Shown: positions 39,457 through 52,221, numbered from the stretch's first letter. The stretch: 64,000 bases of DNA from Thalia democratica (GCA_965202585.1 OZ241832.1:63116001-63180000); one strand, 5' to 3'. Program-made: numbers and translations. Notes: generated from the sequence alone by a model not told the origin.

Positions 39457-39520
39457 ATCACGTGATTAAATATTTCCCGCCAATTTTTGCATTTCGCGCG
39501 CTTTTCATGCAGATTTCAAA
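39457..39520. promoter_or_regulatory. Cluster of E-box, two E2F-type sites and a CHR-like element
   Basis: ATCACGTGAT 39457-39466, TTTCCCGCCAA from 39473, TTTCGCGC 39492-39499, TTTCAAA (reverse TTTGAAA) 39514-39520. Confidence 0.4.
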
Positions 39521-42500
39521 TTGCCCTGTACAAAAATTTGTTTTTAATTGAAAAACGTTTATTTTCGTCCGAATATGAATATAGCGTTCTAATATTTAAA
39601 GTGTTTTTGTTTTGTTTTTTTTTTTGTGTCTGAAGCTATTTGAATCAGAAAAGTAAAACAAACTAAATAATAAGAATAAATGGATTTGAAAAGGCTAAAA
39701 ACACTTTTATATTAAATGCCTATAAAAACTTATTGAAACAGACCCAATGTAATATTAAAAAAAGTATGCTGTTTACGATTTATAAAATTTTAAGTACCTT
39801 TCTTGTATTTGCCAAAAAAAAGTTCACTTGTTAAAAAATAGCCAATTGTAAAACTAAATACCAAAAAAAAAATTAACTTATTGTTCTATCAAGTAAATTG
39901 TTGCATTTTTCCAATTAAGTTGCAGTTATTATTTATTTGCACAATCAAGTTTGAATTAATTCGTTGCTAGTACATATTTTTGAGTCAAGTGCTAAAAATT
40001 CAATTATAAATGTCTTAATTTACATCATAAATTTGAAAATTTTATCATTATTTTTATAAAGTTATTTAATATAAAGTCATTTTTCCTATTACACAGTTAT
40101 CTATGTTATTTTTTTCTCTATTTTGTTTATAAGTATTTATCAATGCTTAAAAACTTACAAAATTTTTTTAAAGTTTGTGAACGAGAGTTTAATTTTTAAA
40201 ATATGTATTAAAATTTCTTCCATAAAACCAAATATGACAATTGTTTTTAAAATATTTCAGCATTTAAACTTAAATTTTTTTTATTGTTATTCTGTTATAA
40301 ATTTTTTCGTTATAAAAGTACAGTTCATTTGTTTTTGCTCGATTTATTTTTGATTGCAAATTTATTCGTGTATTTTTGGTATTGTTTGTATAATATGTAT
40401 GTCTCTAATGTAAATAAATTGCAATTTTTTATTAATTTTAACTTGTAACAAAGTAACTGAAACATTTCTGAAGCAAAATATATTGACCAAAGCACTCAAT
40501 CATTTTAACATTACTTTTTTTTCATACTAGCTTTTATAACTTTTAAATTTGTATATGATTTGTAAGAAAACATTTCGAAAAATTTCAATCACTTTAGTTG
40601 TTAAAAGCATCGTTAAGATTCCTTTGTCATAATTGAAAACCTTGTCAACCTTGAGAGCTTCTAATGTCTCAAAAAAGAACAGACATTAGAAACCTTAGAT
40701 TATATTTGAATTTAGTTTATTGATTTAACTAAAATCTTCCGATGCGCAGTATATGTTCAGCTTCTGGCAAAGTTTTGAAAAACTTGTATTTTGTTTCATT
40801 GATGATAAGTTAATCATGTTTTATTCAATGATAACAAAAATATCAGAAAACATAAGAGCTACAGGCAAAATTCAACACTAAATATATACCATCTTGCGCA
40901 AAACAAATAACTCAAGCATTAAGAAATATTTTGAAATCTGCTAATGATTTAATTATTAATGTACATTTTATAAAGTTAAATATTATTTTAGATTGCTTAT
41001 TGCAATTTTAATCGACAAATTTTTCACATTTTTTTTAGTTCTCCTGTCCTTATAATCTTTTTGCTAGCAAACCTTCCGACTTGGAAAGCTTCTTACCCTT
41101 ATTCTAGCAGTATGTGGCTTTATTTTAAATTACAAAAGTTAAAGCACCAAAGCGAAACTAATCAAAGCAAAAAAAAAATGTACACCTGAATTTTTTATAA
41201 GAACTACACAAATTTATATGAAATCTTCATTAAGTATTACTGTCAGAGGCACCACATTAAAAAAATTAAAATAAATATAATAAACAAAGAGAATAATAAG
41301 TTTCTTTTTGTATAAAGATAAAATTTGAATTAAAAGCTAAACATGTTTTTATCTACTGAAACATAAAAGCTTATCATTGACTAATTATTTTTCTGATAAA
41401 TTATTCAGTATGATTAGCTGCTACGACTATAAACTTACTAAAAATTGTAGTATTGTTTTAAACTGTATGTTTTACAATAACATTTTATGTGTATCATAAT
41501 TATTTATTTTACATGTTATGGTGTATTACATAAGAGCTTTAGTTTCTTCAAGTTATTAGAAATGGTAAAGTAAATACAAAAAATTCTTGGCAGACTGAAA
41601 AAAAGACCATTTCTAGACAATTTTATTTGTAGTAAAAACGGTCAATTGTGAAATATTGCATTATTTTTAAACATGTAAAGAATATTAAAAAACGACTTGT
41701 TTTAATGTAAAAAAATTTATTTAACTTAAATGTTTTTTAACTATATTTAGTTTTTAAACCTTGGTTGTTGATAATTAGTGCAGAATCATTTTAAATTGTA
41801 TTTGTCTAAAAATTTTTTCAAGTTATATAATTACTTTTTTGAATGTCTACTTCTAGAACGTTGTAAAAATTAAGACATTTTTTTAAACTACTTTAGTTAC
41901 TTACTTAATATAAAAGTATTAAGAAGACCCATAATATTCTAACATTTATCTATGACTTAACAACTTTTTAAAAAAACTGGTGTCAAAACAATTTCTAACT
42001 AATTGATAAGACACTAGAACGATTGATATTTAATAAAAAAGATAATGATAAATATTTAATAAAAAGGGATAATAATTCAATTAAATGTTTTTTTTTACAA
42101 ATGACTTGTTGACAAGTTATCTAATTGATTATACACTATATCTATTTTTTTATAGCCAGAACGATATATATATACAAAATTGCACATGCCTATGGTAGCT
42201 TGTTGATAAAAACAGATGCATACCAGGGTAATAAGGCCTTTATTATTTAGAATTAATAGTCGGATTTGGTTGTCAAAAAAACAAAAGCTCAAATTACAAA
42301 ATAGTGAACTTAATATACTTACCTTATTTAAACTAAATATATACTAAATTAGCTTAACATTGCTGAAGACCAATTATCAGAAACTAAGATCAGTTGAAAA
42401 TTTAAATACTTACTTAACTGAAATAATAAACAAGGTTTATAATTTTATTTATAAATAAAAACAAGTTGTACAGTAATCTTCCTTTATTGTACCAACATAT

Positions 42501-43227
42501 GTTTCTGTCAGACACGAATCAACACACTTCAACTGGAACCAGTTTAAACACAAATTATAGCTTATTCAACGTAAATAAACTTGACTTATAAAATATGCTT
42601 TTCAGCGTTTTACTACACAGACCATAGTTTTATTTCAGTGTAAAAAGTAAAATAAAAGCACATATTCAACAGTAGTCTTAAGATGAGAAGTTCAATTTAT
42701 AAAATTAGTAACGAAAACATCGCAAGATAAAAGTTAAATCGCGCAAACAACTGCAAGTGGTATCTACCTGGATGCCAGGTGAACATAAAGCCTGCTGTAC
42801 ATTCACCCTCAGTATTGCCCTTTCAACAAATTACAATAATATTAGATTTTCATATACACACAAATATCGAGTATACAAACCACGAGACTAAAGTGGAACA
42901 GAATATTAAGGTACAAACTTATTAGAAAATTTTGAAAACTGGGAGTAGAGAATCTTGAAAAGTGTTATCCAGATTTGTAGCACTACTAGTGGCTAAACGC
43001 TTGACGTTTGGTATCTGAACGTCTTGTTATTATCGCTCACATTTGTGTTTCAGAACTTTATTATTATCCAGTAAGAGACTTCTCTAGTCAATCATGTTTA
43101 TTTACTGATTATAAAGTTTGTAAATCAATCTAACAATGCTGCAATTTCATGATATTTGTTTGAATAATAATAATATATAAACAATGAACTTCACCGCACG
43201 ATCTACAACAACAGCATCCGAGACAAT

Positions 43228-43268
43228 CCTACGACCGGTTTCGTCCTTATTAGGACTCATCAGGCAGG
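43228..43268 (-). ncRNA. Type I hammerhead ribozyme 1
   Basis: CCUGC-CUGAUGA-GUCC(UAAUAA)GGAC-GAAA-CCGG-UC^GUAGG; predicted cleavage 3' of position 43233. Confidence 0.93.
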
Positions 43269-43555
43269 AATAGTCGCGTGAAACTGCTGTTGTGATCTAA
43301 CCAAGCGGGCTTAAGTACCAAGTACTGAAGCGTCCGTTTGTGGGTAAAGTCCGAAAAATTGACGCAGGCAAATCTTCACAGCTCAACGTCTTAGACATTG
43401 TCAGCTTAATGTGCGATTTTACTCTCTACGCTCGTTTTGATCAGTTTTAGCCAGTATTTATTTCGGCCATCGTCAACAATTTGAGATGTTTTTCGCCATC
43501 GAATATAAACAATGAACTTCACCGCACGATCTACAACAACAGCATCCGAGACAAT

Positions 43556-43596
43556 CCTACGACCGGTTTCGTCCTTATTAGGACTCATCAGGCAGG
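43556..43596 (-). ncRNA. Type I hammerhead ribozyme 2
   Basis: Identical core 328 bp from ribozyme 1; predicted cleavage 3' of position 43561. Confidence 0.93.
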
Positions 43597-43883
43597 AATA
43601 GTCGCGTGAAACCGCTGTTGTGATCTAACCAAGCGGGCTTAAGTACCAAGTACTGAAGCGTCCGTTTGTGGGTAAAGTCCGAAAAATTGACGCAGGCAAA
43701 TCTTCACAGCTCAACGTCTTAGACATTGTCAGCTTAATGTGCGATTTTACTCTCTACGCTCGTTTTGATCAGTTTTAGCCAGTATTTATTTCGGCCATCG
43801 TCAACAAGTTGAGATGTTTTTTGCCATCGAATATAAACAATGAACTTCACCGCACGATCTACAACAACAGCATCCGAGACAAT

Positions 43884-43924
43884 CCTACGACCGGTTTCGT
43901 CCTTATTAGGACTCATCAGGCAGG
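43884..43924 (-). ncRNA. Type I hammerhead ribozyme 3
   Basis: Identical core; predicted cleavage 3' of position 43889. Confidence 0.93.
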
Positions 43925-44105
43925 AATAGTCGCGTGAAACCGCTGTTGTGATCTAAAATCGCACACTAAGCTGACAATGTCTAAGACGTTGAGCTGTGAA
44001 GATTTGCTGCGTCAATTTTTCGGACTTTACCCACAAACGGACGCTTCAGTACTTGGTACTTAAGCCCGCTTGGTTAGATCACAACAGCGGTTTCACGCGA
44101 CTATT

Positions 44106-44146
44106 CCTGCCTGATGAGTCCCAATAAGGACGAAACCGGTCGTAGG
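44106..44146 (+). ncRNA. Type I hammerhead ribozyme 4
   Basis: Same core with loop II variant CAAUAA; predicted cleavage after 44141. Confidence 0.93.
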
Positions 44147-44433
44147 ATTGTCTCGGATGCTGTTGTTGTAGATCGTGCGGTGAAGTTCATTGTTTATATT
44201 CGATGGCGAAAAACATCTCAACTTGTTGACGATGGCCAAAATAAATACTGGCTAAAACTGATCAAAACGAGCGTAGAGAGTAAAATCGCACATTAAGCTG
44301 ACAATGTCTAAGACGTTGAGCTGTGAAGATTTGCCTGCGTCAATTTTTCGGACTTTACCCACAAACGGACGCTTCAGTACTTGGTACTTAAGCCCGCTTG
44401 GTTAGATCACAACAGCGGTTTCACGCGACTATT

Positions 44434-44474
44434 CCTGCCTGATGAGTCCTAATAAGGACGAAACCGGTCGTAGG
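44434..44474 (+). ncRNA. Type I hammerhead ribozyme 5
   Basis: Same core 328 bp from ribozyme 4; predicted cleavage after 44469. Confidence 0.93.
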
Positions 44475-47400
44475 ATTGTCTCGGATGCTGTTGTTGTAGA
44501 TCGTGCGGTGAAGTTCATTGTTTATATTCGATGGCGAAAAACATCTCAACTTGTTGACGATGGCCGAAATAAATATTGTTTAAATAAGAAATTTAAATAA
44601 CCTATAGATTACTTAATCAGTAAAAAAAGTAAAAACTTATGTTTTATCATGTATTAGTTAGAACCTTATATATTCATATAAGGGTCAAGTTAAAAATTTA
44701 TGTTTACAAAAAAAAAAAGACTTTATTGTATACTATAAGGTTTTAAGTAATTACAACCGGGAACTATTTTTGTATACAGTATGACTTAAGTAGTCTGATG
44801 ATTTAGAAACTCAGTTTTACAAACAACAGGTACAAATAGAATATAATAATTATGATTATTGAGAAACTGTATTTTTTTAACACTATAATGTATAACTTTA
44901 AGAAAGATTTCAACACAGTGTTTAAATTAAATAGTTAACCTTAAGCACTTTTCCTATTTGGATGAAGTTAATTATTTTAATATACTAAGACAAGACTTTA
45001 GGATTTCTAAAGCAATTTAAAAAAAAAAACATGTTTTTATTTCAACGAAAGTTTGATAGTTTAAGTTTCTTAAAATAAAACTAACATCTAGTTTAGTCAC
45101 TATTCATAGAAACTCTTGTTTTTTAGTAAACATAAGAACTATTATTAAAGTTTAGCATAGTTAAATTTAGTCAAAATTTGTCACAAAGAAACTTCAAAAC
45201 CAAAATTATAATTAAATAATTATTTTCGATGTTTATTTATACTTATAAAGTGCATAGTTGAACAAATACACTTTTAAGTTATTTTAAACTTTTGAACAAT
45301 CAAATTTTCTACTATATCCAGATGTATTTTTAATGTAGTAAAAAAAGAAGTTAACTAGCCTTGATTTGAATAAATAATTACTAAAGGTAGATAAAAACTA
45401 ATATTATTTCATTCTCAGTTTTTTTTTTTCATTTTTATAAAATATTCTAACTTACTTAAAATAACAAAGTTTTAACAATAATTATTTTTATATGGAACAA
45501 TGTTAGCTATTTACCTAGTATTTACTAAGCTTATTTTAAAAGGTTTATTGTAATAGTTTTGTATCCACTACTAACTTAGTCCGTAGTAAAAAAGGGCAAC
45601 AAAATAATTTAATACCATAAGGTATTATGAAGTAAACTTACTTTATATGTATAACAATCTTACAGTCGTTTAAAAACGTCGAAGATCAGTAAAGTTGGAT
45701 ATAGTCACAGAATAAAAAACTGAATTTACTACACAGAGGAAGCTTGTTAGTACAAGAATGCATGTAAAAACAAAATTATTTGCCTTTATATTGGGTTTAT
45801 GAGTGTTTTATTCAGCTTTACTAAAAGCTTTGCTGATAAGTTAGTAAAACATTTTAGTGACGCTAAAACAAACACTAGCCTACATAATAAAAATAAATTA
45901 AACTAAGTAATTATGGAGTCAAAAGTGGTTAAATCAAAGTCAAAGGTGTTAAAGTTATAATCCAATTAAGACATAAGACTAATCATATAGTTCAAAAAGT
46001 ATTTAAGTGGTATTAACTTGTAGTTGCGACAAGATTTTAACTAAATCAAAAAAAATCTTTTAAAACTCTACCATCCAAAAATTAAACCCAATGTTTTCAA
46101 AGTAGTAAGAGCAGAAACTTATTAACCAAATAAATACAGGTAGTAGATTAAAGTTTTGAAAAATATACATATTGGTGTTTCATTTCACTTTTAAAAGCTC
46201 TTTTTAGGTTTTTCTTAACAAGTTGTAAAAAAATACTTCTGATAACATATAAATAAAAAAATAGTAATAGTAGTATTTTTTAAAATATAATATTTATTAC
46301 TTACATAAAGTGCACAAAACTATCAATGGAAACACTGATATCTACATTCTTATACGTACTTATTCTGTAAATAATAAACAAAAGTAAGGTTTTGATACGA
46401 CGATTCACCATGATAAATAAATTTGAAAGCACAAATTAGAAATAAATAAAAAATACGCTGACGTTACTCACAAACGTTGGCATACAAACAAAATTAATAT
46501 TTGAATGAAGAATTAGATTCAGAGATTTGTAAAAATAATGTTGCACGTGAGACACATGGTTTTTTATTGTGCTGTTAGTTTTCAGTCAAGTGTACAACAG
46601 TGGAGTCTAGGCTGGTCACATTTTTTACTGACTAGCCCACAAACACTAGCTTACACAACAAAAATAAGTTTAATAAAGAAGTTTAGGGCGGTGTGGGTGG
46701 GATAGATTGTCAGGATGAAAGGCGCCGAAGGCACCAGCACCAAATATTACAAGATAATCATAACTTTGTCTAAATAGTTTAGACAATATAGATTTATTTA
46801 CAGACTAAACTATAATGATAATAAAAAATATTTTGTTCTTTTTTCCTCAGTAAGTTATCATTAGTACTTGAGAAGATTCTTTAACGGAACTTACAAGAGT
46901 AACATGTGTAATTAATGCAAGTTCTTTTATATATATATATAACAAAAATGAAAGTGCTTGTTTGTGACTTCACTAAAGGATTTACATAAATAAAATTAAT
47001 ATATTCTTATACTGTTTGACTTGATTTAACTAAAAAATGAAAATAACTACATAACTTAATCCAACAACTACTTTATAAATACTTAAGCTCTTAGTTCTTT
47101 TAAATATTCTACAAGCAAATAGTAAAATTTATTAGACTTTTTGAAAAGATAAAGTTTTTAGAAGTTATTTTTTTAAGTTGTTAAGTAGTTTAACAATAAA
47201 ATTAAAACAGGTTTTATGTCAATTTGCTTTGTATAATCTTTTTTCAAGTAATTTCAGTTTTTATTTAATCAATTTTTAAGAACACAAATTTTCACTAGTT
47301 GTTTTGTAACACACTATATCAAAACTTGCTACAAACATAAAAAATCTTTAACATTTAACAACATCTAGCAAATATTTATAGCTGAGTCAGTAAGTCATCG

Positions 47401-48836
47401 TTTTTGTTTATATTATCAAAAAATAAAATATTAAACCAAGTTGTTTTGAACGGAGATCTTAATTATTATTTCTTTATTTCGTGTAAATATTAGTGATTGT
47501 TTTAAAATTTTGACCACAACTAAGTTTATAAAGTTTAGACTGTCATAAAACTGACTGTATAAAAGTAAGTTTATTTAAATAGACTTTTAATTTATTTAAT
47601 ATATAAAGTTAAGTAGCTTAACAACCTGAAGACTTTATATATTACAAATGTGCAAAAATAAAATCATTAAAACTAATGCAAAGTAAAAGTAGATGTCGTT
47701 AAAAAAAATATTTTTAAGTAACTTAAAGCTATTGATGTATTTAGTTTTTATAAATTATATATGCAAGATTCGTAGTTTAAGCTCGTGTTATAATATCGAT
47801 TTTAAAATTTATCTGAACTATTCTCATTTAGCTACTAAAAAAGTATACTAGCTTCAGGTAAGGTGTTTTAAAACTTTTTTAAAGATATATTGTTAATTTA
47901 TAATAGCTGAGTTGCTTGTCAATATACAGTGTGTTGGACTTGCTGTATTGAAAACTATCAGCTATCAAATAAGCTAAATTTATAAAATAAAACGAACATA
48001 GTGTTTGCAGGTTTTTTTATTGATAGATTACCATTTATAATTTCATATGCTTTTTTAACCTTTTGAAAACAAATGAATATTTTTTTAATATACTTTTTAA
48101 AATTTAATGATATACATGGAAAAAGATAAAATTGTAGTATACCATAAACGTTCAAATATTTTTAGTTAAACCAAAAGTGTGCTTGAGAAGATTAATAAGG
48201 GTTGTAGTGCGTTTGACTTTAAATCTTTTAGTAAGTTTTAAACTTTAAATCATATTCAAAAAATTCAAAAACTAGCCAAGATATCAATGTTTTCATCCAT
48301 AAATTTTAATTGTTTTTGATGCAGAGTAAAAAGAAAAGGCCAAAATATATCTCAAAAAAGAAACAAAAATAAATTCAATGGCAGCTACGAGTTAAATTTA
48401 TAATTAACTAATTTCTTTAAGTTAGTTAACTTATTTTAAAATGATACGTAAATTAATATTTTGGTAAAGTAATGCAGAATTTATAATTAAGTTTTATTTT
48501 CTTTGTTTTGCCGATGAATAATGTTTTTATTAAGTATATAGTTAGAAAAAATATAAACCTAAGCAATTTTCATCATTAAGTTGTAAGGTGCTAGGAAGTT
48601 TTTGAATTTTAATATTTATCATACATTTATGGTTTATCCCTAATTATTGTATGATGTATACATTCCTTACTTTAATAATTTTAAAAATTATGACTTTAAC
48701 AACCTTACAGTTTTGTTCTACTAACATCTTTACAAGAAGTCTTAGTTAGTTGATTCATTACTGCTACCTTTTGACTAAACACAGTATTATATTACTGCCT
48801 AAGTTAGCTTTATTCGAAAACATGTTGACATATATA

Positions 48837-48867
<31 letters not shown>

Positions 48868-49903
48868 GGTAGAAAAACATCAGAAAATACTCACTCTCCC
48901 CTCTGCAACGATAAACGTTTTCTGAAGGTCAAGCAAGTGAGTTTGAGCTCATCACATGTTATTCCACCTGCCCTATCTTTAAATTTACTAAGAAAAAAAT
49001 TACCTTTTAACTAAAAATAAAAATGTCTATGTAAAATAAAAGAAAAAAAAAATTTAACTAACTGAAATAAAAACTAATCCTAACCCTTTATTGAAAAAAA
49101 CCTTTGGTGACACGTCATTTAGCAAACACTCACAAGGTTAAAATCTCAACACTAAAAACCACAAAGTGTGGGAAAATCATGAAGCTCAAATCCCCAAGTA
49201 AGTATTTGCCGACTCTACAACATAAAACACACCAACAATCCAATCATGTGATCACTGCCACCAGTGTGAACTCACAATCAGCTGTTGCAAACTCAAATAA
49301 ACAAATATCTAATTAAAAGTATTTAGTTCTAAAAACATAAAAAACTAACTAGAATAAAGAAATACTGTAGTATGAAAAAAAATACTACTTGTATGGATAA
49401 TAAAATATACATATATATCAACAATAAAGTCAATAAATAATAAGAGTTTTTTAAATTTGTAAGTATTAAGTTTGTACAAAACTCAAAAAATAATAATAAA
49501 TATAAAATAAAAAATAAACAAATAAAATAAGTAAAAATTATATTAATAAAATATTAAATAAAAATTAAAGAAAAAATAAAATACTAAAATTAGAAAAAAA
49601 ATAAAAAATAGTTTTTCAAATAAATAAAAACTTTGTATCAAATTTATACTTATACATCTAATTTCTAATAAAAAACATAAAAAAAACTATCTTAAATCTA
49701 ACACAATAACAAAATAAAAACAAGTAAAATAACTCAACAACAAACAAATTTATTACAATAATTTATAACAATCACTCTTTCATTACCAGGACAATTATAA
49801 AGTAAAGACCTACACATCACAATCTGATGCCCAAATAACATAAATCAAATTTCAACTCAAACAAAACATACATGTAGAAGCACTCTAGATCTACTCCATG
49901 TAG

Positions 49904-51384
49904 TTATTCAACAAAAAGTTTATATCTAAATTTAAAAGGATCTTTCTTTAAGTTTTTAAAAGTTTCAGGGACACTAGACCAAAACTTGGGACCCAAATAC
50001 CTAAAGCAGTTTAGGCCAAGTCTCGTTCTAGGTCTTTCAGTTACAAAATTCATTTTCTTTGAAAATCTTGTGTTGTGTGTGTGAACAGAGCTAGCAAGTG
50101 TAAATCTATTGTGTTCTACATCAAACCCTTTTATAGTATTACGCATCAACTTACAAATTTGCAATTTATACACATCTTTTAATTTTAGCACACCAGTTTT
50201 TTTAAATAAAGGGTTTGTTGTTGTCAAGGCAGGCACACGACAAACATACCTGATCACTCTTTTTTGCATACAAACAATTGGTTTTAAGTAACAGTCAGCA
50301 GCACTACCCAAACAGATATACAATATTGGATATGCGAATAAAACAAACTATAATATACCATTTTAAGTGTAAATGTGTCCAAATAATATCTCAATTTTGA
50401 CAAAACATAACAACTCCTAGACAATTTCGATTTCAGAGAACTCAAATGTTTCTTCCAATTCAGCTTATCATCCAAAACCACACCTAAGTATTTTATACTA
50501 TCACTCTGCTCAATAAGAAAACCATTAACCTTGACACTAAATTCACAATTTTTTGAAGTTTTATTAAAAAGCAAAAATTTAGTTTTTGAATAATTAATAA
50601 AAAGTTTATTAGCATGCAACCATTTATCAACTTTAACCAACTCCTTATTAATAATTTCATTTAAATACTCAGGATCACTGTGTTGGTAGCTCAAGCAGGC
50701 ATCATCCGCAAACAATCTCATATTTATCTCAGTAGAGGAAAAAATATCATTAATATACACAAGAAACAACAAAGGACCCAAACAAGAACCTTGTGGTATT
50801 CCAACATTCACAATTTCACGCTCAGACACAACATTATTTATGACCGTTGATTGACTTCTGTCTTTTAAATAATCTTTAAGTAAATTTAACATTGAACCTT
50901 TTATATTATAATTTTTAAGTTTAGATATTAGAATTTTATGATTAACCGTGTTAAATGCTTTAGCCAAATCAAAAATACAGAGCAATTTATTAATTTTCTC
51001 TCACCAGCCTCAATTAACTCATCAACAATCTGATTCACAGCTAGTTCAGTCGTACTATTCTCTCTAAACCCATACTGTTTTTCATGTAGCACCTCATTCA
51101 ACAAAAAGAATTTTTTCAATCTCTCACACACTAAAAACTCAAAAATTTTCGAAAATGGGGATAAAAGAGAAATAGGTCTGTAGTTATTGATGTTATTTTT
51201 TTTACCAGATTTATAAATAGGGATTACCTCAGCAAATTTAAGCGACTCAGGAAACACACCATACTCAACACATTTATTATACAATTTAGAAAGATACGGA
51301 GAAATTATTTTTGCACTGAGCTTCACAAAGCGAATATTAAGGACATCAGAACGCACACTTTTGTTTGGATTTTAAGTTTTAATA
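49904..51384 (-). pseudogene. LINE ORF2, reverse transcriptase half
   Basis: Motifs NYRPISLL, QYGFR, DLAKAFNTVNH, GIPQGSCLGPLLF, FADD, KYLGVVLD. In-frame TAA at 51374-51372 and 1-nt frameshifts near 50970 and 50305. Confidence 0.93.
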
Positions 51385-51386
51385 TA

Positions 51387-52221
51387 CAGTATACTACCGC
51401 TTAAGTACGCACTTTTTTTGGTACGCATCACGCCTTAAGTACGCACTTATCCAGAAAGACAAAGTAAAGGATGTTATACTAGAACTTATAAAAAAATTCC
51501 AGTTTTTTTGCCTAAATTTTCAATCATCAAGTTTTTCCAGATTATTTTATGTTTCCAGGTAGAATGGCCAACCTACTGAGTTAGCCTGAGACTTTCACAA
51601 CTTTTAAACTAGGGTGAGTAATCCTGAGTAGTCTAAAGTAACCTGAGATTATGACAGTCCTGTTATTAAATGTTAATAAACTAAATACTTATGTAGTGGT
51701 TGCAGAAAAGTAAAAAGAATAATGATATTTGAGCTGTAATGCTATAAAATAAATAAATATAGATGACAAAGTTAAAAAACCTACAAATACAAAATAGTTA
51801 AGTCATAAATTAATTTAAATGTACATACATTGATGTTTTGAAAATGTTTGGTAAACACAATGTAGTTTGGTACTTTTCCTCTAACAAAACAAAATGTAGC
51901 TTAATATTTTTTTTAAAATCATTGACTGACATTGACTTTCTATATTAAATGTATGTATTAATTATGTAGAAACTTTTAATAGATAAAATAAATCATTTTA
52001 AAATTTATTAAAAAATTTTACAAATTAGAATTATGTATAAAATGTTATTTAAAATAAAAAGACTTGTTTGTTTGGCTTAATTATTTGTTGGATAGTTGTA
52101 AGAAAGAAAACAAACAACTAAATTTCATATTATACTATGTCGTCAAAAAGTACGCACTACCCGTGCTAAGTACGCACTTTTTGGTCGGGTTCAATTTGCG
52201 TACTTAAGCGGTAGTGTACTG
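51387..52221. mobile_element. Tc1/mariner (pogo/Tigger-like) MITE inserted in LINE ORF2, 835 bp
   Basis: TIR CAGTATACTACCGCTTAAGTACGCA (24/25 match), TA TSD at 51385-51386 and 52222-52223. Removing it restores the ORF2 frame (EILNYIKT*NPNKS). Confidence 0.95.

Larger units (their letters stand above)
43175..44575. mobile_element. Retrozyme-like array: 328-bp tandem units with type I hammerhead ribozymes, two arms head-to-head
   Basis: The left arm 43175-43956 (about 2.4 units) has ribozymes on -; the right arm 43954-44575 (about 1.9 units) has them on +. Units differ at only a few positions. Unit GC counted at 145/328 (44%), far above the flanks. Confidence 0.92.

Noticed and set aside
42470-42560. 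GIY-YIG-like peptide FQLKCVDSCLTETYVGT on - beside the array
   Set aside because: Too short, with no further endonuclease or RT motifs around it.
43406-44296. Three 60-aa ORFs as a small tandem gene family
   Set aside because: They are a by-product of the 328-bp repeat; the ATG is part of the ribozyme core and the peptide has no recognisable features.
43152-44587. Target-site duplication around the retrozyme array (ATATTTGTTTGAATAA / ATATTGTTTAAATAA)
   Set aside because: Imperfect and AT-rich, although the array itself is nearly unmutated, so it is not convincing without an empty allele.
44795-44815. CTGATGA-TTTA-GAAAC as a sixth hammerhead
   Set aside because: No stem II and no pairing for stems I or III.
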